64,000 nt of DNA from Eledone cirrhosa (Eukaryota), in NCBI GenBank assembly GCA_964016885.1, contig OZ024741.1:303118001-303182000 (forward strand). Reading direction: 5' to 3'. The position numbers were made by a program, and so were the translations under genes. The notes under the pieces are model-generated. The model saw only the letters and a program-made list of their open reading frames with translations. It was not told the DNA's origin and ran no database searches. Positions 1 through 13,196 of this stretch are shown piece after piece. Within the stretch, counting starts at the first letter, position 1; every line of letters starts with the position of its first letter.

Positions 1-552
1 GCCATCACCGACATACCACCACTACGACTACCACGATTACCACGACCACTATAACCACCAACACCACCACCACCATTACCACAAGTACTACTAATACCAC
101 CATCACACCACCACCACCACCATTACCACAAGCACTACTAACACCACCATCACACCACCACCACCACCACCACCACCAATACTATCACATCTACTAGACC
201 CACCACTACTACCACCGGCACTACGATCATCACGATCACTATAACCACCACCATCACCATTAACACTACCATCACCCCACCACCACAACCACTACTATCA
301 CCACTACCACCGCCACCGCCACGACCACCGCCAGCACCACTACCACCACGACCACTATAATCAGCACCATCACCATTACCACTACCACCACCACCAATAC
401 CACCACTACAACCACTATTATCACCACTACTACCGCCACCACAACCACCACTACCTCTACTATCACTATTGCCACTACCACCACCAATACCACTACCACT
501 ACCACTACCAATACCACCACCACCACCATCTATAAACTATAATTTCCACCGC

Positions 553-640
<88 letters not shown>
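1..640. repeat. Degenerate (ACC/ACT)n triplet repeat followed by (CA)n
   Basis: Low-complexity acc/act/atc run 1-530 and a pure CA run about 554-640. Confidence 0.95.
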
Positions 641-643
<3 letters not shown>

Positions 644-764
644 TTTCAACTGTTGCTGATCCATGCTTAACCCATTACATCAGCAGTTGGTCGCTTTACA
701 ATCATTTTGTTAATGATAATACCACGTGCTTACGATTCAAATTTAATATTTCTCCTTATGTGAC

Positions 765-980
765 GGTGGTGGATTGGTACAATTGGTAGAGCATCGGATA
801 ATATTCTAGTGCGCTATTTCTTCTGGCTCTTTATATTCTGAGTTCAAATCCGATCGAGGTCAACTTTGCTTTTCATCCTCCCGGGGTCGATAAAATACAG
901 TACCAGTGACGTACTGGGGTTGAGTTAATCAACTTTACTCTTCTCCTAAATCTGCTGGCCTCGTGCCTAAATTAGAAATA
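765..980 (+). mobile_element. tRNA-derived SINE family A copy
   Basis: Head ggtggtggattgg..ggtagagc, B-box-like gagttcaaatcc, body tttcatcctcc.ggggtcgataaaata..gtaccag, tail gctggcctcgtgcctaaattagaaa; matches about 30 other copies in the window. Confidence 0.85.
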
Positions 981-1119
981 TATATTTGTCATTGTTTCCT
1001 TTCTTCCTCCCTCACTTTCATTCCTTTTGACTTTCTTCTTTCCTTTCTTTTTTATTCCTTTCTCCATTTCTTCTTTCATTCATTCTTTCTCTATGAGTCA
1101 ATTAAAACTGGATCATTGG

Positions 1120-1670
1120 TCCACGACATGGCGACCCTTTCCTTCGTTAATGTAGCTTCTTCTTCGGTTCCCAATGCTGGACGGAGAGTATTCTGTGACG
1201 AGAGACCTCAATTCTGCATAGTTGCAAAACTTGTCACGGGTTTTCTCCGAAGCAAGGTATCTGCTTGTCGTTTTGTGTAGCAAATTTGATTGATGGAGGA
1301 ATGGAGGGATCACAACTCCGATATTATGGGCATGTGGTTACAATGTTTCAGGAAAGAATCGCTGGGCAGATTTGACAGGCAAAACCAACGAGCAGGAGAC
1401 CCAGGGATAGATCCCGAGCAAGATGGTTGGATGACTACCATGAGCTTGGCTGGTCACGCTTGGGGACCCAACCGGATCCGTTGGAGACGGTTGCTTCTGA
1501 CAGGACCCGTTGGAAGGAGTTTTAGAGGGCCCTTTCCCCATGACTCTCTCAGGAACAAGTGGGAGAAGAAGAAGAAGAAGAAGAAGAAGAAGAAGAAGAA
1601 GAAGAAGAAGAAGAAGAAGAAGAAGAAGAAGAAGAAGAAGAAGAAGAAGAAGAAGAAGAAGAAGAAGAAG
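1120..1670 (+). mobile_element. Degraded 3' end of an RTE-clade LINE with (AAG)n tail
   Basis: Reads through frameshifts as SQLRYYGHVV..QERIA..AKPTSRRPRDRSRARWLD, the RTE C-terminal motif; homologous to 56560-57090; (AAG)n at 1564-1670. Confidence 0.75.
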
Positions 1671-3051
1671 CTACAATTTTACTTTCAAGTTGAAAATCAG
1701 CAATATCAGAACTGTAAGATGACAGCCTACATGTCGAAAAGATAGATTGACCGAATTGACTTTTACATCGCTTTAACGAAAGGACAAGAACTGGTGTACT
1801 CTGTATACTGGTATATACTGGTCTGGACACGATATACAACCCAACGAGAGAGCCTCTGTGGTTGCTGAATATGTTATAAATAGCTGGCACATCTTCAAAA
1901 TCTGCGTTTAAAAATGAATATATAAAGGATATATTGGATCCAGTTGTCTTACTTATTGAGGCTGTCTTACTTATTGGGGGCTTATCTGGGACACAACGAC
2001 AACGACTTTCCTTTGATTTAAGGTAAAAGAAAACAAGCAAAACAAACCAAAATGATTCATAATCTAGAACCTTTGTACAGTTTCAATATATATTGTGTAG
2101 TCCAGCATTAAGTTGTCTCAATGATTCTTTTTATCTCCAAATACATACCTACGAGACGTTGAAATTTCTATATTTTTATATAGATTCCTCGCCCTCGTTA
2201 TTACTCCGAACAAAGACAAGCTGAATGCGTGCATCTAAGCTAACTCCGTTAAATACACTCAGAGTAAAAAGATAGTAAATGATTCAAGAGAATATTACTC
2301 TGTATGATTTCATATGATCTTCTTCAGGTTTCCAGAGTGAATACTCACCACTACACTATAACAAATCAAATGTTTATATTACATTGCTACCCTGGGCAGA
2401 CCCTTGATCTTAATCTACGATATTGGGCTAACTGGGCTATTTGAAAGTTAAATATTCTGATCAGAGAATAGAGACACAATGCAGTGCTGATGACAAATCC
2501 GAACATTCGAGCCTACGATTGATTGTCTTCGTCGCTATTATATTGTTCATAGATACACTTATTTTTACTTTCTTCAATGAAGGGGATACAATTTTTTAGG
2601 ATTGTCTATTCTCATAGCACTTGTAAGTACTTTAGATAAGTTTTTCATTCAAATTCTTCCTCGCATCCAATAAAATATATAATATAATCCCATGGGCAAG
2701 ACAGTCACTTGTGAAATAGCAAATAATATTAAGGGAAAGTAGGGTAAATCAAAGAGACAGTACATAGAGCGGTTCTAAATGAGAACACAACACAACAAAA
2801 TTTCAGTAATAATAAAAATGGTTCCTTTGAGCTTAAATATTCCCCGTGGAACTGTGTCATAGCGTCTGAGAGAGTTCAAAACCTTACAAGAAAAGTAAAT
2901 GAATCGAGTTCAGATCATACCAAGTATATACACACTCACACACAAGTGTGTGAGTGTGTATATACATATATATATATATATATACATGTGTGTGAGTGTG
3001 CATCTATCTATACACATATATAAACACGCACACACATATATATGTATATAC

Positions 3052-3092
<41 letters not shown>

Positions 3093-3204
3093 CGTATGTA
3101 AATGTGTGTGCACGCTTGTGTGTGTATACAAACGTGTGCATGTGTGTGTGTTTATGTCTGTGTGTACAGTTGCAGTAAGAACGATACGACTCCACAATGC
3201 AGGG

Positions 3205-4280
3205 TTAATGATGATGATGAGGAGGAGGAGGAGGAAGAGAGGAGGTGGAAGAGGTGGAGGAGGACTATCACGATGGCGACGATGTTGAGGACGATGATAA
3301 TGATAATAACGATGAAGATGATGAGCCTGATGATAATGATGACAACATCAGTGAAACATACCGACAAAATCACCACCAACCACCAGCACCACCACCACCA
3401 CTACCACCACCACCACCAACCACCAACACCACCACCACCACTACTACCACCACCACTACCACCACCACCACCACCACTACCACCACTACCACCGCCACTA
3501 CTACTACCACCACCAACACCACTACTACCACCAACACCACCACCACCACCACTACTACTACCACCAACACCACCACCAACACCACTACTACTACCACCAC
3601 TACCACCACCACCACCACCACCACCACTACTACCACCACTACCACCACCACCACCACTACTACCACTACTACCACCACCACCACCACTACCACCACCACT
3701 ACTACCACCACCACTACCACCACCACCACCACCACCACTACTACCACTACTACCACCACCACCACCACTACCACCACCACTACTACCACTACTACCACTG
3801 CCACTACTACCACCACCACCAACACCACCACCACTACTACCACCACCACCACTACCACCACCACCACCACTACTACCACTACTACCACCACCAGTACTAC
3901 TACCACCACCAACACTACTACTACCACCACCACCACCACCACCACCACCACCAAACCACAACCAACAGCAATAGCACCACTATCACCAATACCACCACCA
4001 CCACCACAACCAGCAGCAACAGCAGAAGCATCATCGCGACCCCAACCCTCTCACCCACACCACCACCACTACCACTGCCACCACCACCACCACCACCACT
4101 ACTACCACCACAACTACCACCACCATCACCGCCACCACCACCACCACTACTACCACCACAACTACCACCACCATCACCACCACCCCACCACCACTACTAC
4201 CACCACAACTACCACCACCACTACCACCACCACTACCACTACTACCTCTACTGTCACCCCCCCCCCCCACTACCACCAGT
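3205..4280. repeat. Compound triplet microsatellite (GAT/GAG, then ACC/ACT)
   Basis: Direct inspection; explains the poly-P/T/V/G ORFs. Confidence 0.95.
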
Positions 4281-4544
4281 AGAATTACAACTGACTTTCA
4301 TTAGACAATAACACCAACGTTACAGTGATAGAAAACCTGGAGCTAATTAATGAAAAAAGAGGATTCTTGGCTGGTTGTTGTGTCTTTTAGATTATTTCAT
4401 GGGCGGAAAAAAACCCCTACCTTCCCTAATCCCGATGACTGCCACCTGTGTTGCTCCCTTTTACCTCTTTTCCCATAAAATTATTATTATCGTTGGTATT
4501 CTTATTGTTGTTGTTGTTATTGTCGTGAGAAGACCGGAAAGAAA

Positions 4545-4900
4545 TACTCTTTACGCTCTCAGTTCAAATCCCACCGAGTTTAGCTTTGCTTTTCTTTCTT
4601 GCAGGGTCGTTAAAATAAAGCACCAGTAATGCACTGGGGTCGATTCAATCGACTTACCCCTCCCCCAAAAAATTGTTGGCCATGTGCCTAAATCAGAAAC
4701 AATTATTATTGCAAATTTTGTTGTTGTTGTTGCTATTATCGAGAGGGCACAGGAAAGAAATACCACCTCTTTGCGTTCTGAGTTCAAATACTGTCGAAGT
4801 CAACCTTGTCTTTCATCCTCGTGGGGTTGATGAATTAAAGTCAAGTACTGGTCGATACAACCCTATCCAAATTGCTGGCCTCGTGCCAAAATTAGAACCC
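4545..4900 (+). mobile_element. Two tandem SINE-A copies
   Basis: gagttcaaatcccaccgag...gtcgttaaaataaagcaccagtaatgcactggggtcgat and a second, more degraded copy from about 4770. Confidence 0.8.
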
Positions 4901-5072
4901 AACATTATAATGCTGACGAGTGACATAATAAGTAAAACGATTGACTAAATACTTTGGAGTTCAAAGGCCATCTATGCTCATTTCATCATTCCTCCTTTTA
5001 GGGTTTCCAAAGAGAAGAAATATATATGTATAAATATATGTATGTATGTATGTGTATATATATATATATATA

Positions 5073-5264
5073 GTAATAATAATAAATTTGAAGACTAAAA
5101 TCCAAAGAGGGCTCGATAAGGATAGATATATATCAAATATATAAGAACCGTAGAGCAAATATTTATTAAAATAACAGATTAAAGTTTAAGCAAAGAATTT
5201 TAGTTTCAGAAGATCCCGTTAAGGGTGAAAGCAGCGATTCTTTGCTTAAAGTTTTTATCTGTTA

Positions 5265-5272
<8 letters not shown>
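5073..5272. mobile_element. TA-flanked fold-back module, family F1
   Basis: Inverted arms 5164-5198 / 5237-5272; near-identical to 31749-32130 and to 10470-10710. Confidence 0.85.
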
Positions 5273-5328
<56 letters not shown>

Positions 5329-5524
5329 CAGAGAGAGAGAGAGATTAGAGCAAACATCACGGGCGCTCTATCTCAAAATTAATTTTGAAAAGCATTAGAA
5401 ATGCGCAACCGGTAAAAACTTAAACTAAAACTGAATACTAACCAATACTTATTACTAATTTTTACTTATTCCTAATTATGGGAACAATTTGTCATCATTT
5501 TCTTTTCCTTTTACCAATATATAT

Positions 5525-6195
5525 ATATATAAATATAAATATATATTTCGTTTCTGAATTTGTTTAGCAAGATTCTTTATCTGAAAACATGTCTTGAAAC
5601 CGATATTGTTATGCTTTGGGAGGGTCATGTTGCCAATAAGAAACACACGCACCAGTTGCTTTCACTCCAATTTATTATGAATTAAATTTATAAATTTAAG
5701 AATTTATAAATTTCCGGTTGGTTGGTTGGTTCCATAACGGACGGTTTGTTCATATATTGTCAAAGTTCTATCGTCACACATTCTGTGACCTCTTCAGTGA
5801 CTGGGATTCGTTTTCTTTGTTTTGTGCCTCGCCTTTGTTCTGTCCTACGCCTCTTTTGTTTTTCTGTGTGTTGTGTGCCTTAGTTTGCGCATGTGTTACA
5901 TCCGGGTGTCTGTGTGTGTTTTTATTTGTTTATTTATTTGTTTATTTACATGTTACTGGCTGGTTGTTTGTTCTATGTGTGTGTGTGTGTGTTTTCATTT
6001 TGTCCTTAATTGTAAGTTGTGATGTTGCTATTTCATTCATGTTTTCTATTTAATTTGGTTGGAGTTCATTTATGTTTATTGCCTCTGAGATTCGTCTAAA
6101 CATTGTGTCTTTTCTGTGTGTAGATTCTATTTTTATTTCTATGTTCTCTAATTTTCCCTTATGTTCTATTTTAGCATGTTGGTGGAGTATTGATG

Positions 6196-6200
<5 letters not shown>
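5525..6200 (-). mobile_element. Penelope-like element 3' fragment (GIY-YIG C-terminus, UTR, hammerhead)
   Basis: Minus strand 6200-6050 reads SILHQHAKIEH..IEIKIE..FRRISEAININELQPN, matching the PLE endonuclease helix R..EAI.I....P.LN; a hammerhead motif lies downstream at 5801-5759; TA-flanked. Confidence 0.7.
5759..5801 (-). ncRNA. Minimal type I hammerhead ribozyme motif (GAUA variant)
   Basis: gtca CTGAAGA g gtcaca gaatg tgtgac GATA gaac TT tgac: stem I gtca/tgac, 6-bp stem II; relatives near 17762 (+) and 50425-50466 (-) have GAAA. Confidence 0.65.
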
Positions 6201-6229
<29 letters not shown>

Positions 6230-6231
<2 letters not shown>

Positions 6232-6430
6232 CATTGTAGTAAATGGCTTTAATAATTATATTCAAACTCGCCCTACAAACTAGGGCGAGTTTGAATATAA
6301 TTATTAAAGCCATTTACTACAATGTACGGTTCATTTTCGTCGGCACAAATTAAACAAGTTGGTCCTTTGTGTTAACGAAACACACGTACTTGGTATGGTG
6401 CCGTTGTAGTAACGGGCCTTAATAATTATA
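6230..6430. repeat. TA-flanked hairpin (46-bp perfect arms, 5-nt loop) with a one-sided tail
   Basis: 6230-6275 is the reverse complement of 6281-6326; unique tail to about 6430, then TA. Confidence 0.9.
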
Positions 6431-7129
6431 TATATATATACTAGTAATATGTTGGTGGGAGCTAATCGACTGCGTCACCCCACTCTCAATATTCATGGCC
6501 TTATGTCAACTTTAAAATTGGCATTTGGTTACGTCCCTTTATGTTCTTAGATTAAATCCTGGCACTGCCGACTCTCACTTTTATACATTCAAGGTTAATA
6601 AAATAAATACATGTAAAATATTAGGATCTATTTATTTGACAAGACCTTCCTCATAAAAGTCTTCTGTGCCTATGTAAGAAATTACTGTTCTATAGCAGCT
6701 GGTCCATTTTACGGAACTGCAGTCATGATTCTCGCCAAGTCCCAGTTTTAGTCTCTGGCATCTGGAATGCTGTCAGGTGCTTATAGTTCTCTACCGATTA
6801 AATACTGAGTTCTATAAATGTCAATTAAAGTGGAAACATTCTGTTTTCAAGCAAATAGAACTTATGAAATTTTACCTGGAGACTGCAGTAGATGACGGGT
6901 AACTTCCTGCAATGTAAAATGGTCAGAATATTGGGGCTTTCCTGAATATATCTTGGTGGCTGTTCTTACCCATTCATGGGCGTCTTTGTTTTCTATTTTC
7001 AAATATTTTTCTTCTATAGATTTTCCATTTTGTATAATTAGTTTGAAAATCGGTAAATAGGCAGAGCCAGAGAGATTGCTTCAGAGTATTCGTTTCGGTC
7101 CGCTGTGGTCAACTTTGTTATTCATTCAA

Positions 7130-7246
7130 TATATATTATTATTTGATATAGAAATGGCTTCTACTGGACTAGGACTGTTCCTTTCGCATGATGATTACAT
7201 TCTACTAATGTATTGCGTACCTTTATAACTGTAGTTACTCCCGATT

Positions 7247-7333
<87 letters not shown>

Positions 7334-7520
7334 TATAATTATGGGTGGAGTCGCGATTGGGATCGGGAAACCACAGTTAAAAAAGGTATTCAATTCGTTG
7401 GTAGAGTATAGGCATCTTTATTTGATATAGAAATTACTTCTACAGGATTAGAACTGTTTCATTCCAGGTAATTTCAAACGAATGAAACAGTTCTAGTCCT
7501 ATAGAAGTCATTTATATACA
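7130..7520. mobile_element. Two fold-back modules of family F2
   Basis: atatagaaatggcttcta..ggactag motif at 7146 and 7425; hairpin 7425-7517; same family at 31047-31147 and 48100-48304. Confidence 0.75.
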
Positions 7521-7661
7521 ATATATATATAATATATATATTTACAGAATATGAAAAGAAGGGCTAGTTAATTTTAGTCACCTATATAGCTACACACAAA
7601 CACACAAACACGCACGCACAGACAGACACACATACATACATACAGACAATCAAATAGACAC

Positions 7662-7724
<63 letters not shown>

Positions 7725-8247
7725 TGATCCTGCGCTTCATAGAAGAAATAAAAAGTCATATGAAATTATGTGGTGTAAAAAATGCTTCACATACCAGGAG
7801 AAAGAAAGAAACAAGAAAAAACAACAAAACAAAAAAACAAAACAAAAAAAAAATCGAAACGAAAAAGAAAAAACAAAAACAAGGATTTGCTTTTATAATT
7901 TTGCTCTAATATGCTGCAATTTCCAGAAACAATAACTCAAATAAGCAGTAGCGTTCAGTTTAATTTTTTTAGGTCTATATATTTTGATGATGGTTTACTG
8001 TTTTATCTATTAAAAAACAACAACGACAACAACACTAACATGTGAACGTACCAAGAACAAGAGATATATATGCTTCAGTTGTTCTGTCTGTCTGTTTGCC
8101 TGGTATTATATCTATCTCTACTCTTCTTCACTTACTTTCTAATCAAACAGTAGGACGCAACGAAATCGCAGGGGGTCGTCTGTTTCAGTCATTTTGTCTA
8201 TTCGTCAATCTTATGCTATCTTCTTTTACTATTATTTATTTTATTGG

Positions 8248-10215
8248 GGGCGGTGGATTGGCAGAATCGTTTGAATGTTGGATAAAATGTTTTGAGGTAT
8301 TTGTCCCGGCTCTTTATGTTCTGAGTTCAAATCCCGCCATGGTTAGCTTTGCCTTTCATCCTTACGAGGTCGACAGAATAAAACACCAGTAATGCACTGG
8401 GGACAATTTAATCGACTTTCCCCTCCCCTCCCCCTCCCCAAATCATTGGCTTTCTGCCTAAATCAGAAACCGATATTCTAGGGCGGAGGATTGCAGTAAC
8501 GATTGGATGTTGGACAACATGCTCTTTACGTTCTAAGTTCAAATCCTGCCATGGTTAGCTTTGTCTTTCATCCTTACAGTGTCGACAAAATAAAACACTA
8601 GTGATGCACTGGGTTCGATTTAATCGACTTTCCCCTCCTCCCAAATTATTGGCCTTCTGCCTAAATCAGAAACAAAAGTCATTCAGTGTCAGTTGCTTTG
8701 AGGCATAGAGTTACGTTCTGAGTTCAAATCCCGCCGAGGTTAGTTTTGCTTTTCATCCTTACGGGGTGGATAACATAAAGCACCAGTAATGCAATGCGGT
8801 CCATTTAATCAACTTTCCCTTCCCATCAACTCTTAGCCTTGTGCTTTAATCAGAAACCATTATCTATTTTATTGGGAGCGGTGGATTGGCAAGATGGTTT
8901 GTGTGTTGGACGTAATGTTTTGAGGTATTTGTCCCGACTTTTTGGGTTCAAATCCTGCCTTGTTCAACTTTGCCTTTAAACCTTCCAGTATCAATAAAAT
9001 AAAGTACCAGTTACGTACTAGGCTGATATAATCAACTTCCCCTTCCCCCAAATTGCTGGCCTTGTGATAATTGTAGGAAAAAAAAGACGGTGGATTGACA
9101 GCATTGGCAGAGCGTCGGATACAATGCTTTGTGGTGTTTAGTTGCGATTTCTCACGTTACAAGTTCAAATCCCGATGATGTCGAATTTACATTTCATCCT
9201 TCTTAGGTCGATAAAATAAAGTATCAATCAGGTATTGGGGTTGATTTAATCAACTTTGTCTTTCCTCAAATTTTCTGGCCGTGTGACAGAATTAGTAAAC
9301 ATCAGTATTTTTTTTAATTCAAGGCGGAAGGGTGGCAATATCAGTAGAGTGTCGGACAAGATGCTTTGCTGCATTTGTTATGACTTGCTGTATATGTTGA
9401 TTTCATATCTCGTCGAGGTAACATTCCCTTTTAATCCTTTCAGGATCGATCAATTAAAGAACCACTTAAGTATTGGATCAATATAACCGATTTTCTCCTT
9501 CCCCCATCATGCCAATGCTGGAAATAAATATATATTTTATTGAAGGTGGTAAATTAGCACAATCGGCAGAGCATTGGAAAACATGCTTTGAGGTATTTGT
9601 CCCAGTATTTTTCGTTCTGATTTCAAATCCCGCCTACGTCTACTTTGCGTTTTACATGTTCCGAGTACCAGTCAAGAACAGGAGTCGGTATAATCGACTT
9701 TCCCCTCATCCCAAATTCTGGCCTTGTGCCTAAATTAGAAATCAGACAGAGAGTTGTCAGAGTTGTTAGAACGTTGGGCAAATACACAAAAGAATTTGTT
9801 CCGGCTATTTACATTCTAAGTTCATATCCCACTGTATTTAATTTTGACTTTCGTCCTTCAGGAATCGATAAAGTAAATTACCATTAAAGTATTAGTGTCA
9901 GTATAATAGACTTTTCTCTTCTTCTACAACTGTTTCCCTTGTGTCTAAATCAAAAATCATTATTATTTATTTATAATTGAGGGCCGTGGATTGGCAGAAT
10001 CGGTAGAAGGTCGGACGTCATGCTTTGCAGCATAGAGTTACGGCTCTTTATGATCTGAGCTCAAATCCCGCCGAGGTTAATTTTGCCTTTCATCCTCGAT
10101 AAAATAAAGTACCAGGGGTCGATAAAATAAAGTACCAGTCACGCACTGGGTCGATTTAATCGACTTTCCCCTCCCCCCAAATTACTGGCCTTGTGCCTAT
10201 ATAAGAAACCATTAT
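8248..10215 (+). mobile_element. Head-to-tail array of about 10 SINE-A copies
   Basis: Repeated ggcggtggattggcag / gttcaaatcc / tttcatcc / gtcgataaaataaagtaccag units, all on + and of variable divergence. Confidence 0.85.
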
Positions 10216-10340
10216 TATTTATTTATAATTATGTTTAGTTTGCTTTCCTTCAGTCAATTCTATTATTTTATTCCCATAGTTTGACATTGGAAATAAAACG
10301 GAATGAAGAAGTGAACACTTCAATAAGTTTTCCTATACCA

Positions 10341-10457
10341 CTATCACAGGCAGCTCACTCTATCTCTCTCTATCACAGACAGCTCACTCTATCTCTCTCT
10401 ATCACAGGCAGCTCACTCTATCTCTCTCTATCACAGGCAGCTCATTCTATCTCTCTC
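10341..10457. repeat. 29-bp tandem minisatellite x4
   Basis: ctatcacaggcagctcactctatctctct repeated with no spacers. Confidence 0.9.
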
Positions 10458-10511
10458 TATTATATATATAGTAATAATAATAAATGTGAAGATCCCGTTA
10501 AGGGTGAAAGC

Positions 10512-10671
10512 CAGGGCCGTCTTAACGCATGGGCAAGCTGGGCAGTTGCCCGGGAGCCCCACGAGGATAGGGGGCCCATTTGTAATTTTATTCCTGTGAG
10601 TGGTTTTGTAGGTAGGAGCCCCAGTGCTCTGCTTTGCCCGGGGGCCTTATAATGCTGTTAAGACGGCCCTG
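10512..10671. mobile_element. hAT-type MITE, 160 bp
   Basis: 15-bp TIR cagggccgtcttaac / gttaagacggccctg; 8-bp TSD gtgaaagc at 10504-10511 and 10672-10679; the empty site is visible at about 5224 and 32083. Confidence 0.9.
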
Positions 10672-10711
10672 GTGAAAGCAGCGATTCTTTGCTTAAACTT
10701 TAATCTGTTAT

Positions 10712-10779
<68 letters not shown>

Positions 10780-10781
<2 letters not shown>

Positions 10782-10925
10782 AAGCATGGATTAAGTTTGA
10801 AATTGGTTAGACCATTACTCACCAGAGTACTCGATACTTGGGGTAGTAGAGTGTAGTTATTCTATAAAGAGCCAGGACCCCGAAGGGTGAGCTCTAGCCG
10901 TTTCAACAGCTGATTCCAGTCTGGA
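10780..10925. mobile_element. TA-flanked short repeat, also present inverted near 54960-55130
   Basis: gaccattactcaccagagtactcgatacttggggtagtagagtg is the reverse complement of cactctactaccctaagtattgagtactctggtgcgttatggtc at about 55063. Confidence 0.65.
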
Positions 10926-10964
10926 ATAATATATATATTTATATATATATATATATATAATACA

Positions 10965-11003
<39 letters not shown>

Positions 11004-11007
11004 CATG

Positions 11008-11038
<31 letters not shown>

Positions 11039-11137
11039 CATGCATATATATATATATATATTATACATGCATATATATATATATAATATATGCATATATA
11101 TATATATAATATATGCATATATTTATATATAAATACA

Positions 11138-11231
<94 letters not shown>

Positions 11232-11303
11232 CATGCATATATATATTAATAAGAGGAATTCCAACTTTGTCTGATTTACTCGTATTATTTACAATCCTTT
11301 AAA

Positions 11304-11490
11304 GGGTGGTGGCTTGGCAGTATCGGTAGAGGGTCGGACGCCATGCTTTCCAGCATAGTTACGTCCCTTTGCGGTCTGAGTTCAAATCCCACCGAGGTTA
11401 ACTTTGCCTTTCATCCTTATGGGGTCGATAAAATAAAGTACCAGAGTAATGCACTGGGTAATTGATGGCCTTGTGCCAAAAGTAGAAACA
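11304..11490 (+). mobile_element. SINE-A with 20-bp TSD
   Basis: TSD attatttacaatcctttaaa at 11284-11303 and 11491-11510; the empty site is preserved in the opposite arm (about 12689-12708). Confidence 0.92.
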
Positions 11491-11646
11491 ATTATTTACA
11501 ATCCTTTAAAATTTATAATGGTATTATAATGAAATAGTATGATAGAATATTAAATGTTAAGTGTTAATTGAACCAGTACTTTCATGCTTTCGCAATCTTC
11601 AGGTGACAGTCAAGCGGTCTATTCTCCGATTTCTTACTTTTCCACG

Positions 11647-11670
<24 letters not shown>

Positions 11671-11677
<7 letters not shown>

Positions 11678-11810
11678 GACGTAAAATAAGAAAATTATAA
11701 AAATTAACTTACTTTTAGTAAGTAAGTTAATTTTTATAATTTTCTTATTTTACGTCTTTCATATAATTGTTTTGCATCCCCTTGCATTGAACCACAAAGT
11801 TACTAAGACA
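11671..11810. repeat. TA-flanked hairpin (44-bp arms) with tail
   Basis: 11671-11714 is the reverse complement of 11720-11763. Confidence 0.9.
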
Positions 11811-11873
11811 AAACCTATATATTTGCTAGCATAGGTATGCATCTGTATATATATGTTTGTAGATATACTAATT

Positions 11874-11942
<69 letters not shown>

Positions 11943-11948
11943 TATATA

Positions 11949-12147
<199 letters not shown>

Positions 12148-12195
12148 GCATGTATTATACATATATATATATATATATATATATATGCATGTATT

Positions 12196-12247
<52 letters not shown>

Positions 12248-12292
12248 AAATAACATGCGGCTGAACTCGTGTAGTTCCTTAAAAGGTTTATT

Positions 12293-12350
12293 ATACTATG
12301 ATCATTTCAGTGACCGCGTTCAGTATAAATCCGGTGACATCATCAGGTAT
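12293..12350 (-). ncRNA. Type I hammerhead motif, inverted copy of 13812-13869
   Basis: Reverse complement of 13812-13869 with one loop difference. Confidence 0.75.
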
Positions 12351-12591
12351 TCGAAATTTAACAAAGGAATATATTAGACAAAATCCACAAAAGCTGTCAG
12401 CCTCTTCTCCGGTTTTGTTGGCTTATCTTTTGTGCAACGTTGCTGAGAGGGCGATGAATGGGGTTCCTTTTCCTCACACAGGTTTAAACCACTACCATTG
12501 CAGTCATTACAAAATGTGTTAGTAGCGGTAGCACTCTCTGCTACTGCTGCAATGGTGGGAAAATTGCAAACTTGATTGTCACCACACATTA

Positions 12592-12630
12592 TGAACCTGA
12601 AGACTGCGAAAGCATGAAAGTACTTGTTCA
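12592..12630 (+). ncRNA. Minimal type I hammerhead ribozyme
   Basis: tgaac CTGAAGA c tgc gaaa gca t GAAA gtac T T gttca: 5-bp stem I, GNRA-capped stem II, palindromic stem III AGUACU; predicted cut after 12625. Confidence 0.8.
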
Positions 12631-12786
12631 ATTAACACTTAACATTTAATATTCTATCATACTATTTCATTATAATACCATTATAAATTTTAAAGGATTG
12701 TAAATAAAACGAGTAAATCAGACAAAGTTGGAATTCCTCTTATTAATATAATCTTCTATACACAATCATACACACCCGTGTATATT

Positions 12787-12871
<85 letters not shown>

Positions 12872-12873
12872 CA

Positions 12874-12948
<75 letters not shown>

Positions 12949-12950
12949 CA

Positions 12951-12997
<47 letters not shown>

Positions 12998-13136
12998 ATA
13001 CATGCATATATATATATATATAATACATGCATATATATATATATATATATATATAATGCATGCATATATATATATATATATATAATACATTCATATATAT
13101 ATATATAAATAAATTGCATATATATATATAAATACA

Positions 13137-13194
<58 letters not shown>

Positions 13195-13196
<2 letters not shown>

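Noticed and set aside
1549-2040. 163-aa minus-strand ORF
   Set aside because: It ends in the (CTT)n repeat and has no recognisable motif; an exon cannot be excluded but is unsupported.
3102-4282. Long poly-Pro/Thr/Val/Gly ORFs (mucin- or extensin-like)
   Set aside because: They are translations of an ACC/ACT triplet microsatellite open in most frames, with no non-repetitive domain.
8248-10215. tRNA genes suggested by GTTCAAATCC B-boxes
   Set aside because: They are SINE heads with no intact cloverleaf and are always followed by the SINE body.
10341-10457. 29-bp repeats resembling a CRISPR array
   Set aside because: No spacers, no cas genes, eukaryotic context.
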